Assembly (NCBI RefSeq): GCF_964355755.1
Contig: NC_092676.1
Span: 23,144,871-23,208,870 of the forward strand
DNA length: 64,000 nucleotides
Direction of reading: 5' to 3'
Origin: Antedon mediterranea
Taxonomy: Eukaryota; Animalia; Echinodermata
Positions 63,815 through 64,000 of this stretch are shown here, in pieces. A model generated the notes under the pieces. The model searched no databases, was not told where the DNA came from, and saw only the letters and a list, made by a program, of their open reading frames with translations. Each line of letters starts with the position of its first letter. The stretch's first letter is position 1. Both the position numbers and the translations under genes were made by a program.

Positions 63815-64000
63815 TTTATCAGTAATCTGATTATACTGAGCAACGGATTTGATTGGATAGAATTAGAATTCAGATGTTCCTTTTGTTTGCCTCTCGCACT
63901 ATAAAAAGACAGGCTGTGTGAATGCATTTGTAATATACCGGAAACTCGAATCAAAATCAGATCTAATTTGTTTAATCATCACACTATATCAACAATGTCA
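63815..64000 (+). promoter_or_regulatory. Promoter/5' UTR and ATG (63995) of a probable further dispanin gene running out of the window
   Basis: ATTCTGATTGGTTAAAAACTTTAT...GATTTGATTGG...CTATAAAA...AACAATGTCA is homologous to the D3 promoter and start (AACAATGTCA). Confidence 0.65.

Overview
AT-rich, intron-rich animal genomic DNA (marine invertebrate; an echinoderm is a plausible but unproven guess). All host genes are on the + strand. Positions 1-31.3 kb hold two tandem NOX2/gp91phox-like NADPH oxidase genes: the 3' half of gene A (7 exons) and a complete 14-coding-exon gene B (577 aa). Gene B has a ~15 kb intron filled with nested DNA-transposon derivatives, including a foldback-like element whose arms are inverted arrays of a palindromic 101-bp satellite. 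Positions 33.9-64 kb hold a tandem array of CD225/dispanin (IFITM/PRRT1-like) genes: three complete genes, two intact 3'-half cassettes with no clear 5' exons of their own, a rearranged pseudogene beside a Rex1/Babar-like LINE, and the promoter and start of a further copy at the window edge. Part of this array is a near-identical ~10.5 kb tandem duplication. Many MITEs, a DeuSINE-like SINE, Helentron-type elements and minisatellites are present. Gene models were built by eye from GT-AG sites and recalled homology; no searches were run.
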